A DNA stretch of 64,000 nucleotides from the human T2T-CHM13v2.0 reference genome, Homo sapiens (GCA_009914755.4 CP068257.2:35520001-35584000); one strand, 5' to 3'; counted from the stretch's first letter, positions 1 to 15,715 are shown. Program-made: numbers and translations. The notes: generated from the sequence alone by a model not told the origin.

Positions 1-270
1 CATTGTCTTATTTTAAGAAATTGCCACAGCACCTTAATTTTCAGGAACTACCACCCTGAACAGTTAGCAGTCATCAATATCAAGGCAAGACCATCCACCA
101 ACAAAAAGATTATGACTCACTAGAAATACCCAGTGTAGATGACGGTTGATGGGTGCAGCAAACCACTGTGGCACGTGTTATACCTGTGTAACAAACCTGC
201 ACGTTCTTCTGCACATGTATCCCAGAACTTAAAGTATAATTTTAAAAAAAGTTTAAAAAAAGATTATGAC
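1..270 (+). mobile_element. L1 3'-end fragment (3'UTR plus A-rich tail), cut by the window edge
   Basis: …aatacccagtgtagatgacggttgatgggtgcagcaaaccac…cctgcacgttc…cagaacttaaagtataa… followed by an A-rich tail. This is the canonical L1 3' terminus. Confidence 0.6.
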
Positions 271-838
271 TCAGTAAACCCTCAGATGATCATTAGCATT
301 TGTAGCAATAAAGTCTTAAATTAAGGTGTGTACATTGTTTAATGGACGTAATGCTACTACACACTTAATAAACTACAGTATCGCTAAAACATAACTTTAA
401 TATGCACTGGGAAACCCACAAGTTTGTGAGACTCACTTGATTGTGATATTTGCTTTATTGTGATGCTCCAGAGCCGAGCCCACAGTATCTCTGAGGTATG
501 CCTATAATAGCTAAGTAAATGTCTTAATCTGTCACTAGTACTGCTTATATGCAAAATAATATGACTTTAATTATAAATTAATCTATTATGAATCATGCCT
601 CAAGGAACTCTGAGACAGTGATTCTGTGTTTTAAATAGCAGGATAACTGCTTTATTGGAACAAAAATCTCTTTTCTAATTTGATTTGGCCAATCATATTG
701 ATTAGTGAGATTTTATGACAATCATTGATTCGTAAGATTGATTAGTGAGATTCTATTACACTTCTTTTTCTGTTGTGACTGGATGCAAATTGGGCAGAAT
801 TATATTCAGATTTTTAACTGAGGCATTTTTATTGACAG

Positions 839-919
839 CAATTGAACCTGGCCATGATTAACTATGTTTTGGTCGTCTATGGACTTGCCATTTCTCTCCT
901 TGGAATAGGACAGCCTGAG
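839..919 (+). CDS. TTC3: Coding exon, phase 0-0, 81 bp; peptide QLNLAMINYVLVVYGLAISLLGIGQPE (TPR-like helix)
   Basis: Acceptor ttttattgacAG|ca and donor GAG|gtaagat. The open frame joins in phase to the next exon (…GIGQPE|ELSEAEN…). The hydrophobic pattern fits a TPR helix. Confidence 0.6.
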
Positions 920-2765
920 GTAAGATTTGTAACAGTGGTAATAAACAATTAAAATGATATTGACATATCTTATAAAAATTATTTTCTCATTTTTACCCAT
1001 TTTCTTCTCTGTACCTTCTGATAATTTTGTCTGAAATATCTCAGTTTAATTTAGTTTGTGTTTTTAAAGAATATTTAGTTTCCTATTAGAAAAAGGCTTT
1101 GCCAGGCAATCAGTGGGAATCTACTTTTTATTTGTGTAAAAATTAGTATGTAATGTATCATGATTGATAGATTTCAGAAACATAATCTTGAGGGAAAGGC
1201 AAGTTGGAGGACATAAACATTGTGATCCCACTTATATACTTTTTGGAAAACATACATAACAGTACTATATACTGTTTATGAATTCTGTGCATCTTGTAAA
1301 AAAGTGAAAAAATATGGATTATGTTTATATAAAATTTAAGATAATGGCTGCCTTTAGTGATGGCCAGGAGGGAATGGACCTGGGGAGGTTTCGTGTTATG
1401 CTGTTTTCCTAGAAAAACAAAGGTAACAATGATAACGTTAGTATCTCTTATTTGTACGTAGAAAGTACTTGGATATTGTATTATTTCTAGATTGCAGGCT
1501 TCCTATAACTGCATGTAGTCAGTGTATAGACATGAGCTCCCAGGATTTCCATTAGTCATGCTCCTGCCTGGCTCTCCTGGAATGTTTACCTACCTATACT
1601 GTTTGGCATTATAACTTTGCTTTCTGAGGTTTTGAGTTTGCTATAAATGTTGAAATGCTCTAGAATTACCTCAAGTATAATATATAATTTGGTCTCTATT
1701 TTTCCCTGTCTAGATGAAGGTTTAACTCTAACTTGCCACCTAGTGAGGATCTAAGTAGTCTTTTACGTTCTGTTCTCTCCCAGAAGTTGACAGTGCCCAA
1801 GATTCATTTTCCTTGATCTCAGTGTCACAGATTAATAATGTCTCCCATGAATGCTCTCTAATTCTATTTTCCAAGAGACAGTTGGAGACAGAACTTCATG
1901 ATTTTCATTTTATTCCTGACAGAATAATAATAAATACCATATTTTACCTTATTAGAATTGAAGAAATCATTTATTACATTTGTGATTTAATGTAAAATAG
2001 CGAGACTGATTTAGAAAAAAAAAATGTGTTATAGTAGAACTTACATGTTTAAAAGAATTTCATCAGAGGACAGCCCTTGCTTCAAACGTTTTTAGAATGC
2101 CTCCTTTGGAACTGGCCTCAAAGCTCCATTTTGTAGTGACATTTCTTTTTTTCACTCACAGTAGGGTTACCAGTATTTCTTAGAACTATGTATCTTTTGG
2201 ATGTTTTCCAAAAACAAAATTCATTCAACTTAGTGGTTTTTCACTGTTGAGAATATTCAAAAAAGAATGTACTCTAAGCTATGTTAAGTGTTTACTAATG
2301 GGCTGTTTTTAAGACAGAGCTTTCATCCGTCTTGTGCCACAAAAGACTGTGACAACGTCATTGGAATGGCATTCCTTCCAAGGGATTAGCACTTAATAGG
2401 ATCTATGTTATGGTGTGTTTACACCATAATTAGCCTTTTTTAAAAAACAAAAACAAAAACACGATTTGACTCTTTTTAGTATTAGCCAGCACACGCCAGG
2501 CCCTTAGTGCGTACTAGTAAATGCTTATAGGTTGATTGTCTGATGTGTTCAGCAGGATTGGTTTGGTTGTGTCTCTGACTATCCATATGATCAGAAATTT
2601 ATATAATTCCTAAGAAAGTGAAACACAGAGGTATAATTTTGCCACAGGAATTTGGGGATATGCAGTTGTTATTTTAATATTATAAAAAAAATCAACCTTT
2701 AGATAAAATTTATTTCAGTATTTCTCTTTGTATGTAAGTGATCATTGTTTTCACTGCTATTCAAG

Positions 2766-2878
2766 GAATTATCTGAAGCCGAAAACCAGTTTAAGAGGAT
2801 TATTGAACACTACCCCAGTGAGGGCCTTGATTGCTTGGCCTACTGTGGAATTGGAAAAGTATATTTGAAAAAAAACAG
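2766..2878 (+). CDS. TTC3: Coding exon, 113 bp; ELSEAENQFKRIIEHYPSEGLDCLAYCGIGKVYLKKN(R)
   Basis: Acceptor ctattcaAG|gaatta and donor aacAG|gttagt. It ends in phase 2, completed to an Arg codon by the next exon. The peptide is TPR-like. Confidence 0.8.
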
Positions 2879-3692
2879 GTTAGTAGAAATGACACTACTT
2901 TAAGCTCTAGGCTGGTAACTCATTTAAAATCCAATGTGATAATGATCCATTTTCTAGAATTATTTTGATATCTCCTCTGTAGCACACTATCATAATTGTG
3001 ATTTACTTTGAGGACCTGAAATTTCACTATCAGTATTAATTGTTAAAGCAAGGCCAGTCATTGCAGTTCTTGGTACTTCCTGATTTTAAATCTAATAAGT
3101 CAACAATATAGTAATTTGACATTAAAGATTTAATAGTCTAGTGTATAATCATCTATAGATAGTGAGTGAATTGATATAAACTAATGTTTTTAAAATCTGA
3201 TTGTTTAATTTTTTTGATTTAATTATTTTTTAAAAATCTGTATGAAGATGGTTTTAAATAAGAGGTATATATGTGTTCAAAGACATCATGAGTGAGTTAG
3301 GAATATAAAAGTCTGTCCTCTGAACTCTATTGTAGTTGTAATCCTTACCTGCAGTTTAATATTGAAGCTGTTCTCTAAATGCCTCATGTCTCTTAGTCTT
3401 GTCTCCCCGAATGTCAGTATGTCCCTGAGGGGACAGGATTATGTCTTGAGCTTTAAAAAAAGAAAATCTGTTTCTGCCACTTGTACCCAATATAGAGGTA
3501 GGTATGTTAGATTATAAAGAAATAATTGTTGACTGATTGAATATTATTTATAATTTCTAACTGTCTTTAAATTTTCATGTAACTTGTTAGGGGAAATTTT
3601 ATGAGATTTTGGGGAATCCCCCCCCCAGCCATCTTAGAATGTGCCTAGAACCTCCTTTATAGTTTTTTTTAAATTAAAGAAAGTTTTTTTTT

Positions 3693-4008
3693 GGCCAGGC
3701 ACAGTGGCGCACACCTGGAATCCCAGCACTTTGGGAGGCCAGTGGGTGAATCACTTGAGGTCAGGAGTTTGAGACCAGCCTGACCAATATGTTGAAACCC
3801 TGTCTGTACTAAAAATACAAAAATTAGCTGGGTGTGGTGGTGCGTGCCTGTAGTTCCAGCTACTCAGGAGGCTGAGGCAGAAAGAATCACTTGAACCCAG
3901 GAGGCGGAGGTTGCAGTGAGCTGAGATTGCACCACTGTACTCCAGCCTGGGCGACAGAGTGAGACTCCATCTCAAAAACAGCAATAACACAGAGACACAA
4001 CAAAAAAA
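3693..4008 (+). mobile_element. Alu (sense)
   Basis: ggccaggcacagtggcgcacacctg…gagactccatctcaaaaaca plus an A-rich tail. Confidence 0.9.
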
Positions 4009-6486
<2,478 letters not shown>

Positions 6487-6729
6487 GTGTACACCTGCCA
6501 CAATAAAGCCAGTGTCCAAGACGAGTTGTGTTTAATGTATATTACTTTTATAGCAAACAGCAATAGTGACTTTGTTTTTTTAAAGAAAATTTAGGTTACA
6601 TTGAATATTGCTGTTCAGTGATTCATCAAATGTATTCGTCCCAGTAAGCTTGAGATCTTTGGTGACTTTTGAAGGGAGTGAAAATACCATTTTACATCTT
6701 TAATGCCTTTTTCATAATTATGACTTTAG

Positions 6730-6850
6730 ATTTCTAGAAGCTCTCAATCACTTTGAGAAAGCAAGAACCTTGATTTATCGTCTTCCTGGAGTGTTAACTT
6801 GGCCCACGAGTAATGTGATTATTGAAGAGTCTCAGCCACAAAAAATAAAG
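6730..6850 (+). CDS. TTC3: Coding exon, 121 bp; (R)FLEALNHFEKARTLIYRLPGVLTWPTSNVIIEESQPQKIK
   Basis: Acceptor gactttAG|attt and donor ataaag|gtaacc. Its phase is compatible with the flanking exons. Confidence 0.85.
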
Positions 6851-7079
6851 GTAACCATTTATTTTTGCAGAGTGTTTCTTACTGTGAATGCTTATCTGCA
6901 TTGACTGACTCAGGTATCAGGAGGCGGAGAGGTAGGAGCATTCCATCCCCACCTCCCTTACACGCATTTCCCCTCTACTGTCTAATGAGAATCTCTGACA
7001 TTTATTGAATGTTTTCTGTGTGCCAGTGTGTACCTTCATTTATCATTATGCTTAATCCTTATAGCAGCCCCGTGCAGGG

Positions 7080-7240
7080 GGGCACTGTGATCATTCCCAT
7101 TTTACAGATGAGGAAGGTTAAGTTTAGAGAGGTGAAATGATGCACTCAAGGTGAAACAGCAAGCAAATTGTGGTCCTGGAACTTGAGTCCAGGCATTCTG
7201 ACTTCTGAGTATGCATGATCATGCACTCTGCTGGACTTGG
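7080..7240 (-). mobile_element. MIR-like remnant (antisense)
   Basis: cattcccattttacagatgaggaaggttaagtttagagaggtgaaatgatgcactcaaggtgaaacagcaagcaaattgtggtcctggaacttgagtccagg. Confidence 0.45.
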
Positions 7241-7489
7241 TTGTACTTAGAGGAAGGTATAGTATTGTTGTTTCATCATAAAGTTACCACAGTTACTGAG
7301 ATGGTACTTGAAGATTTAGAAAAATATGAATTTAGTCTCATATCCAGAAGCATAAAGATGCTTTGCTTGTTCTAGAAAGACTTACGTGTGAAATGACTGA
7401 GATAGGCTTTTACTTGTAGTGAACTCTCACATGTACTCAGAACTTGATTTTGGCTGAAGCTTTTAAAATCACAGAAGTCAACTTTTACA

Positions 7490-7795
7490 ACTCAATAATA
7501 AAAAGACAAATAATCTAAGAAGTAGTCAAAGGATCTGAATAGACATTTCTGCAACGAAGATATACAAATGGCCAAAATTAGCACATGAAAAGACATTCAG
7601 CATCATTAGCTATCAGAGAAACACAAATCAAAACCACAGTGAGATACCACTTCACACTCATTAGGATGTGGGCAGACAATAAATATTGGCAAGGGTGTAG
7701 AAAAATGGGAACATTCAGACACTGCTGGTGGTAATGTGTAATGATGCAGCTGCTTTGGAAAATAGTCTGGCAGTTCCTCAAACAGTTAAACATAG
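7490..7795 (+). mobile_element. Old L1 ORF2 fragment, 5' part, interrupted by an LTR
   Basis: It translates to …[16 protein letters not shown]…SLAIRETQIKTTVRYHFTLIRM…, the L1 ORF2 C-terminal region. Confidence 0.7.
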
Positions 7796-8215
7796 AGTTA
7801 CCATGTCTCAGTCCATTTGTGTTGCTATAAAGAAGTACCTGAGACTGGTGATTTATGAAGAAAAGTTGGCTTATGGTTTTGCAGGCTGTATAAGAAGCAT
7901 GGTGTCAGCACCTGCTGGTGAAGGCCTTCAATAGCTCCTACTCATGTCAGAAGGCGTAGGAGAGCCTGTCTGTAGAGATCATATAGTGAGAGACAGGGAA
8001 GTGCCAGGCTCTTTTTAACAACCAACTCTTTAGGGAACTAATGGAGTGAGAACTCACTCACCCCAGGGAGGGAATTAATCTGTTCATGAGAGATTCGTCG
8101 CCATGACTCAAAACACCTCCCACTGTGCCTCACCTCCAACACCGGGGATCAGATTTCAATGTGTGGTTTGGAGGGTCAAACATTCAAACTGTAGCATACC
8201 ATATGATCCAGCAGT
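7796..8215 (-). mobile_element. MaLR LTR (THE1/MST-type) inserted into the old L1
   Basis: It starts gtctcagtccatttgtgttgctataaagaagtacctgagactgg and ends …gatttcaatgtgtggtttggagggtcaaacattcaaactgtagca. These are the reverse-complement termini of the THE1/MST consensus. Confidence 0.6.
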
Positions 8216-8343
8216 TTCACTCCTAGGTGTGTACAGAGAAAGGAAAACATGTTCTCACAAAAACTTGTACATGAATGTTCATAGCAGCATTAGTCATAAT
8301 AGCCCAAAATGGGAAATAGCCCAAGTATTCGTGAGCTGATAAA
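8216..8343 (+). mobile_element. Old L1 ORF2 fragment, continuation after the LTR
   Basis: …GVYRERKTCSHKNLYMNVHSSISHNSPKWEIAQVF… matches the L1 ORF2 C-terminus. Confidence 0.65.
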
Positions 8344-8357
8344 TGGGTACGTAAGTA

Positions 8358-8451
8358 TTGGAACCTGGGAGGTTGAGGCTGCAGTGAGCCTTGATTGTGC
8401 CACTGCAGTGCAGCCTGGGCAACAGAGTGAGAGTCTGCCTCAAAAACAAAT
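8358..8451 (+). mobile_element. Alu right-arm fragment
   Basis: gaacctgggaggttgaggctgcagtgagcc…cagagtgagagtctgcctcaaaaacaaa. Confidence 0.7.
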
Positions 8452-8745
8452 GGCCAGTCTTGGTGGCTTACGCCTGTAATCCTACCACTTTGGGAGGCCA
8501 AGGCAGGAGGATTGCTTGAGCTCAGGAGTTCAAGACCAGCCTGGGCAACATGGCGAAACCCATCAATACAAAAATTAGCCAAACATAGTGGCACATGCCT
8601 GTAGTCCCAGCTACTCAGGAGGCTGAGGTGGAAGGGTCAGTTGAGCCCAGGAGGCAGAGGTTGCAGTGAGCTGAGATCGTGCCACTGCACTCCAGCCTGA
8701 GTGACAGAGTGAGACGCTGTCTCAAAAAAAAAAAAGAGTACTGAT
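8452..8745 (+). mobile_element. Alu (sense)
   Basis: ggccagtcttggtggcttacgcctgtaatcc…gagacgctgtctcaaaaaaaaaaaag. Confidence 0.9.
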
Positions 8746-9685
8746 AACATGCTGCAGCATGGATGGACCTTGGAAACATTATGCTAAGTAAAAGAAGCCA
8801 AACACAAAGGGCTTGTGTGAGTCCATTCCTATGAAATCTCCAGAATAAGCAAGTCTGTATATAGTGACAGAAAGTAGACCAGTGATTGCTGGGCCTGGAA
8901 GGTTAGGGGAAAATGAGGAGGGACTGCTAATGCGTATGGAGTTTCTTTTTGAAAATGTTCTAAATTTAGACCGTGGTGATGTCAGCACATCCTGTGAATA
9001 TGCTAAGAACACCGAACCGTACACTTCATTTGAGTTGTATAGTGTGTAAATTATGTCTCAACAAAGCTATTATAAAAAATACAACACAGGGATTCTTGGA
9101 TTTACCTCTCTTCATACAAGATTGGGATAGAGGCATAGGAGCTATTGATAACAAAAAGCCAGCACTGGAAGCATGGCATGAGTCTCTTGGGGGCTTCATT
9201 AGCAGTGGAATAATTCTCCAGGGAGTCCACAAACAACAGTGGCAGAGCTGCAAGGAGGAAGATAATGGGAGTGTTAGGATTCTGGATGAGGTGATGTTGG
9301 GCAAGAGGAGCCTGGTAAAGTCCTCAGGATTACCCTAAGGGTTATTCTGCCTTACTTGACTTCCTCTTAATGCTTATGGAAGATTTCTGAGAGCTGTAAA
9401 TTATAAAATGCGATTTGATGATTGTAACAGGGCAAAATTTTGATTCTTTCGAAATTCTGAAAAAAAATTTTGTCCAGTCCTCTTTTTAAATCTCTCTTAT
9501 GTCTCTTATCAGCCTTCCTTTTAAAAGGAAAAACTTTAAAAGTTGTATGTAGTTTGTTGTTGGTGAAAAAATTTAGTCATTCTTATGCTGAAAATATTTT
9601 GATGGCAAGAGGTTATTGAAATCACAAGCATTTTTATTGACAGATTAGTATTGTAATGGTATCATTTTTGTTTATTTTGTTTTAG

Positions 9686-9808
9686 ATGCTGTTAGAGAAA
9701 TTTGTTGAAGAATGCAAGTTCCCTCCAGTGCCAGATGCCATTTGTTGCTATCAGAAGTGCCATGGATATTCTAAGATCCAGATATACATAACTGATCCAG
9801 ACTTTAAG
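9686..9808 (+). CDS. TTC3: Coding exon, 123 bp; MLLEKFVEECKFPPVPDAICCYQKCHGYSKIQIYITDPDFK
   Basis: Acceptor ttttgttttAG|atg and donor tttaag|gtaaat. Phase 0-0. Confidence 0.9.
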
Positions 9809-9838
9809 GTAAATAATGAGTGTACAGTGGGACATTAA

Positions 9839-10305
<467 letters not shown>

Positions 10306-10750
10306 TAGTGACCTGAGAAGGCAGGCTGGCTCATTCTTTTTCCTCTTCAAGCTACCTTAGGAGGATAGGAAACAAAGTGAGATTGTTACCTCTGATTTGT
10401 TGCAATTCTGATCTCTCATAAAATTTGAGTCCCAAATCTAAAGGTCATTGTGATCATTGAATTAGCTGTTAGAGACCTAAATTTGAGATAAGTCTGGCAC
10501 TTAATTGAGTTATACTGGTTTATTCAAGAAGCTAGTAGCTGCCCTTGTCCTGCTGTTCCAATGTCCCTGGTTAGTAAATCAGATGAAATAATGTTTATAA
10601 AATATTTGATATATTTTGAAGAATGATGCAACTTTATGCTGTGGAAATAAATATGTTAGTCAAGCTCTCTCTGTCTTTATGTATGTTGTAGTGAGTGAGT
10701 GTGCAGAGACATCTTTAAAACGTTAATTAAAAAATTTTTTGTAACCCTAG

Positions 10751-10852
10751 GGTTTTATACGCATCAGCTGTTGCCAGTACTGTAAAATAGAATTTCACAT
10801 GAATTGCTGGAAGAAGTTAAAAACTACAACCTTTAATGATAAAATTGACAAG
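10751..10852 (+). CDS. TTC3: Coding exon, 102 bp; GFIRISCCQYCKIEFHMNCWKKLKTTTFNDKIDK
   Basis: Acceptor aaccctAG|ggt and donor gacaag|gtaaag. Phase 0-0. Confidence 0.9.
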
Positions 10853-11039
10853 GTAAAGCATAACAGGATTGTCTGAATTTTTCAGTATACTTATTGTATG
10901 TCAATTTTTCCCCCAAGAATTCCTTCCTGAACATTCTGCACATAATTAGAAAATTTTAAATTATAACTTTAATAATAAAGTGGAAAATCAAATTTGTTTT
11001 TATTTGGACAATCATAAAGGCATTAACCATAGAGGCTTT

Positions 11040-11193
11040 GTTTTTTTAAAGAGACGGATCTCACTGTGTTGCCCAGGCTAGAGTGCAGTGGTGCAGTCGT
11101 AGCTCACTGCAGCCTCAGACTCCTTGACCCAAGTGATCCTACTTCAGCCTCCCAAAGTGCTGGGATTATAGGCATGAGCCACTGCACCAGGCC
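11040..11193 (-). mobile_element. Alu-derived element with an internal deletion (antisense)
   Basis: gagacggatctcactgtgttgcccaggctagagtgcagtgg…ccactgcaccaggcc. It is only about 155 bp long. Confidence 0.6.
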
Positions 11194-12282
11194 CCACTTG
11201 AAAGTTTTGATGTGGAATTAGGGATTTCAAAACCAAAATTTGATGAGGTAATTTGTACTAAGAAGTCAACTCAAAACAATTTTTTTAATGTTGGGAAGAA
11301 AGATCAACTTCAATTTTAAACTGCCATTTCTCTCCAGGGATTTTCTTATTACCAAGATAATGATGTTAATTACCATTAAGTAGACATACTTTGAGGGAAG
11401 TCATAGTATTACAATCTTATTTGTATTCATAGAATTTGTTTCTGATCTATAGAAACTATGGACCTTTTCCTACACTTCTTAGGCTTATGCAGACCACTGT
11501 TCTTATTGGGGAAAGAATGAGGCAGTTGTACTAGGCATCTGTTAACAATAGCAATTATTAAAGTATGGTAGAAATAAATTCTCACATTTTGTACATTTTC
11601 ACATAATTAATTAACAATATAATGATATGAGTAAATAACTGTCACCTTTGAGTCACTTCTGCTATGTCTTTGTCTTACCTAAATTGAGTTTCTCTAGTGA
11701 TATACCCTCTTTTAGTGGTCTTAACTATTCCCATCATTTTAAATACACTCTGTAAATTAGTCAGCTTTCCCTAGGATATGCTGAAGTGATGCAACCCAAA
11801 TATCTTGTGGCATACATCAGAGAAGTTTGTTTTTTGCTTACATGACTTGTCCTGCAGTTCTGCAGTTGTTGGCTGGGACTGGGCTGTAGCAGCTTTATTT
11901 TGTGTGGCTCTATTCCTTGTTTCTCAATCTAAGTTGAAGAATGACCCTTTTCTGGAACATCTTCCTGTGTCAGAGGAAAAAGAACAATGTCCAGTCTATG
12001 AAGTGTTTGTTAAACCTTTTGTCTAGACATGTGTATGTCATGTCTGGTCACTTTGCATTGATGAAAACAAGTCACATGGTCAGACCCACACCTGAAAGTA
12101 TATTTTTCCTACACGGAAGCCTTAAAATTCGCATGGCAGTGAGTAAGGATTTTCACCACTTGCCTGAAGATGGTTTTAGTCCGTATTTTGACTGTTCCTA
12201 GTGGTAAAAATAGTATACGTGTATAGATTTATCCCCCCTAGACATAACATTTTTCTTGTTTTTTTTTTTTTTAATCAAATAG

Positions 12283-12375
12283 GATTTTCTACAAGGAATA
12301 TGTCTTACCCCTGACTGTGAAGGTGTCATTTCTAAGATTATCATCTTCAGCAGTGGTGGTGAAGTTAAATGTGAA
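12283..12375 (+). CDS. TTC3: Coding exon, 93 bp; DFLQGICLTPDCEGVISKIIIFSSGGEVKCE
   Basis: A poly-T tract precedes the acceptor aatAG|gat. Donor tgtgaa|gtaagt. Phase 0-0. Confidence 0.9.
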
Positions 12376-13024
12376 GTAAGTAATAAAGGGGAAACCTTGT
12401 TAGATAGATAACCAAAATGTTTACACCTTTTGAAACATGATTTGAATTTGTAGATATCATGTAATTTGGATCTTTTCCAGGAAAGAAACAATTACTTCAT
12501 TTAAGAAAATATAGGAAATACTGGGATGTGAGAATGCTTCATTGTAATGAAAGCATTCTTATATTCTTTTATTTCTTAATAGGAAAAGGAGGCTTTTTAT
12601 ATCTTAGTTTTACTATTTTTACTGTTTTTGATAACTTCATTTTCTTAATCCCGGTAAACTTTTGGGCAGTAGTGGGTGTGCAGGTTTTTAGGGAGGGGGA
12701 AGAGCGTCTTGAGGGATTACCTTTAACTTCATGACATGGGAATGGCAAGAGTGGGTAGTTGTAATAATATTTACACTTTATTAGATCGTCTGCTTACTCT
12801 TAATTTTTTAAAAACTTTTTCCTCAAGTGTGTCTACCCTCTTGTTCCTCTTCAGTAAATTATTTTGCTAAAGCTTTCTGGGCTTTTGTCTGGGTCAGAAC
12901 ATCATCACTGTTCTCTATCAAACTGAACATTATGTGTGCTTCTGAAATACTTGTTACTTGTGGTTTTGTGTTTTATGTCATGGGAGTATGAGACAAATTT
13001 TGGATGTCTTTGTTTTATTTAAAG

Positions 13025-13089
13025 TTTGAACACAAGGTCATAAAAGAAAAGGTTCCTCCAAGACCTATTCTGAAACAGAAATGTTCTAG
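13025..13089 (+). CDS. TTC3: Coding exon, 65 bp; FEHKVIKEKVPPRPILKQKCS
   Basis: Acceptor ttatttaaAG|ttt and donor tctag|gtaaga. It ends in phase 2. Confidence 0.85.
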
Positions 13090-14097
13090 GTAAGATTTTT
13101 AACAATCAATCAGTGGTTTGATGATGTCTCTTAGAATATAATTCTATTAAATGCAGATTTCTAAATTATGCCTTTTTAAAAATTGGCTGTGTATACATAT
13201 ATTCAAATAAGTGTTTTTTAAAATGATTTTTATGGAAAATTAAAACTTAAAGAGAACTAGCCTAGAATGATTAAATACTAAAAACTTGATTCAGAATTAT
13301 TTATCTAGTGGTTGAATTTACAATTAAAATTATAACATTTGATGCTGTGAAATTACATGTTTGATTAATAGATTTGGCATTTATATAAAAACTATACAGT
13401 TTGCTCTCAGTTGTTGAAACTTTAATTCCAAAAGCATATTTTTCTTTTTATCTCTCTTCAGTAAACATTTTGAACCTATGACTATTTTTTACCCTGAAAT
13501 ACTCAATGTACTGTCTAAATTATTACTTCTCTATAGCTTTTTGTTTAGATCAAATAATTCAGATTCTTTTTTCTTTTCTTTTTGGTCCTGCTTCTTGTTT
13601 TTCTTTCTAAGAAGTGATTTTTTTTTATCATTTGTGACCAAGAAAAAGCAAAAGAAAAGATGAACAGAATTATTTGTTGGAGAGAATTCATTGTAACCAG
13701 ATCAACCAAATTATAGTGTTGTGGGTTATTATTGAGATGTGAAAATTATATTTTACTATGGGACCTTTCTTAGAAATGAGAGTTTACATGAATTATTTTG
13801 CAGAGTAATTTGTACTATTTCTGTTTACCCTATGAAGTAACTTAGATACATGAAAGTGACATCTATACAATCTGTAGACTGCATCCTTAGACATCACCTA
13901 ATCATTGAGGTTTTTGTTTTCATGAAACAAGTACCCTTATTTTGACAATACTGACAGTTTCTTACATTGAATGGAAGATGTAGGCCGGGCTCTGATTAAA
14001 AAAGGAAAACTTCTAATATATTGCTTGGAAGATGGTTTCTACGATAGTCAAAGGAAAACAGTTCATTGAGTTGTCACTAATTGTAAATGTTTATCAG

Positions 14098-14234
14098 CCT
14101 AGAGAAACTAAGACTGAAAGAAGACAAAAAATTGAAGAGAAAGATCCAAAAAAAAGAAGCAAAAAAGTTAGCACAAGAAAGAATGGAGGAGGACTTAAGA
14201 GAAAGTAATCCACCCAAAAATGAAGAGCAGAAAG
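14098..14234 (+). CDS. TTC3: Coding exon, 137 bp; (S)LEKLRLKEDKKLKRKIQKKEAKKLAQERMEEDLRESNPPKNEEQK (charged, coiled-coil-like)
   Basis: Acceptor tttatcAG|cct and donor aaag|gtatgc. It begins with 1 nt completing AGC (Ser) and ends in phase 1. Confidence 0.9.
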
Positions 14235-14531
14235 GTATGCAGAAGCCAAAGGCATGATAAGAATAATATACTCTCATTTAAATGTATAAATGTAAGCATC
14301 TTTTGGGCCTTATATTCATCATTATTGAATTGAAATAAAGATTTCACTTAGTAATTTAATACTATCACTGTCTTCTGTTACTCGAAGACAGAATTGGGTT
14401 GGTGTAAAGAACACTGAAAAACCTTTCAGAGATTGTATTCCCACTGAAAAACCTTTCAGAGATTGTATTTTAACTTTCTGTGCTTAATGACTAAACATAT
14501 TTATTGTATATAAAGTTAAGGTAGTTGATGA

Positions 14532-14882
<351 letters not shown>

Positions 14883-15155
14883 TAGAGGAACTAAGTTTCA
14901 AATGCTACTACATGAATGGTTCAGAATGAAGGGTGTAAAATGCTTACTTTTGGTATGTTTATTTTAGCGTACACTTTCATGTCTTTTCAAAAGTATTGTT
15001 AAGTGTTTATATTTCTAATTAAAGTTTCTTGAGTTTAGTAAAACAGTATAATCAATCTGAATCATATTTTATATTATGTAATTTTGTTATTTCTAAGTTT
15101 ATATAATTGTGAATTAGTCCTATTTATCACTTTAACCATTGTTATTTATCCTTAG

Positions 15156-15482
15156 AAACTGTAGACAATGTTCAGCGTTGTCAGTTCCTTGATGACAGAA
15201 TTCTACAGTGTATAAAGCAGTATGCTGACAAGATTAAATCCGGCATACAGAATACAGCCATGCTTCTCAAAGAATTGCTTTCTTGGAAAGTTTTGAGCAC
15301 AGAAGACTATACAACCTGTTTTTCTAGCAGAAATTTTCTAAATGAAGCAGTGGACTATGTTATTCGCCACTTGATTCAAGAAAATAACAGAGTAAAGACA
15401 AGAATATTTCTGCATGTTTTGAGTGAGCTTAAAGAAGTGGAGCCCAAATTAGCCGCCTGGATCCAAAAACTTAATAGCTTTG
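15156..15482 (+). CDS. TTC3: Coding exon, 327 bp; ETVDNVQRCQFLDDRILQCIKQYADKIKSGIQNTAMLLKELLSWKVLSTEDYTTCFSSRNFLNEAVDYVIRHLIQENNRVKTRIFLHVLSELKEVEPKLAAWIQKLNSF
   Basis: Acceptor tccttAG|aaact and donor ctttg|gtatgt. It matches the ORF-track entry 15260..15511. Phase 2 start, phase 1 end. Confidence 0.9.
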
Positions 15483-15626
15483 GTATGTCCCTTTATATTC
15501 CAGAGCAATAAACTTTAATACGAAGGGGAAGTGTAGGTCTCTGAGTCATTTTCATTTTCCTGCCATATAATTTATAACTTTAAATGCAGGACTATAAATT
15601 TGTATGGTTAAGAATACTTTTCCAGT

Positions 15627-15715
15627 CCCAGCTACTTGGGAGGCGGAGGCAGGATGATTGCTTAATCTCAGGAATTTGAGACCAACCTGGCAATGTTGCA
15701 AGACCTGTCTCTAAA
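15627..15715 (+). mobile_element. Alu-like monomer fragment (FLAM/FRAM-like)
   Basis: gtcccagctacttgggaggcggaggcaggatgattgcttaatctcaggaatttgagaccaacctggcaatgttgcaagacctgtctc. Confidence 0.4.

Noticed and set aside
1381-1440. Possible micro-exon ttttcctAG|aaaaacaaag|GTaacaatg between the first two exons.
   Set aside because: It is only 10 nt and would break the otherwise perfect phase continuity between the exons at 839-919 and 2766-2878. Chance splice-like motifs.
8973-9338. 121-aa + strand ORF and 92-aa - strand ORF in the intron after the L1/Alu cluster.
   Set aside because: There are no flanking splice signals in phase with the neighbouring exons. Overlapping ORFs sit on both strands and the sequence is an AT-rich intron. 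Most likely chance ORFs.
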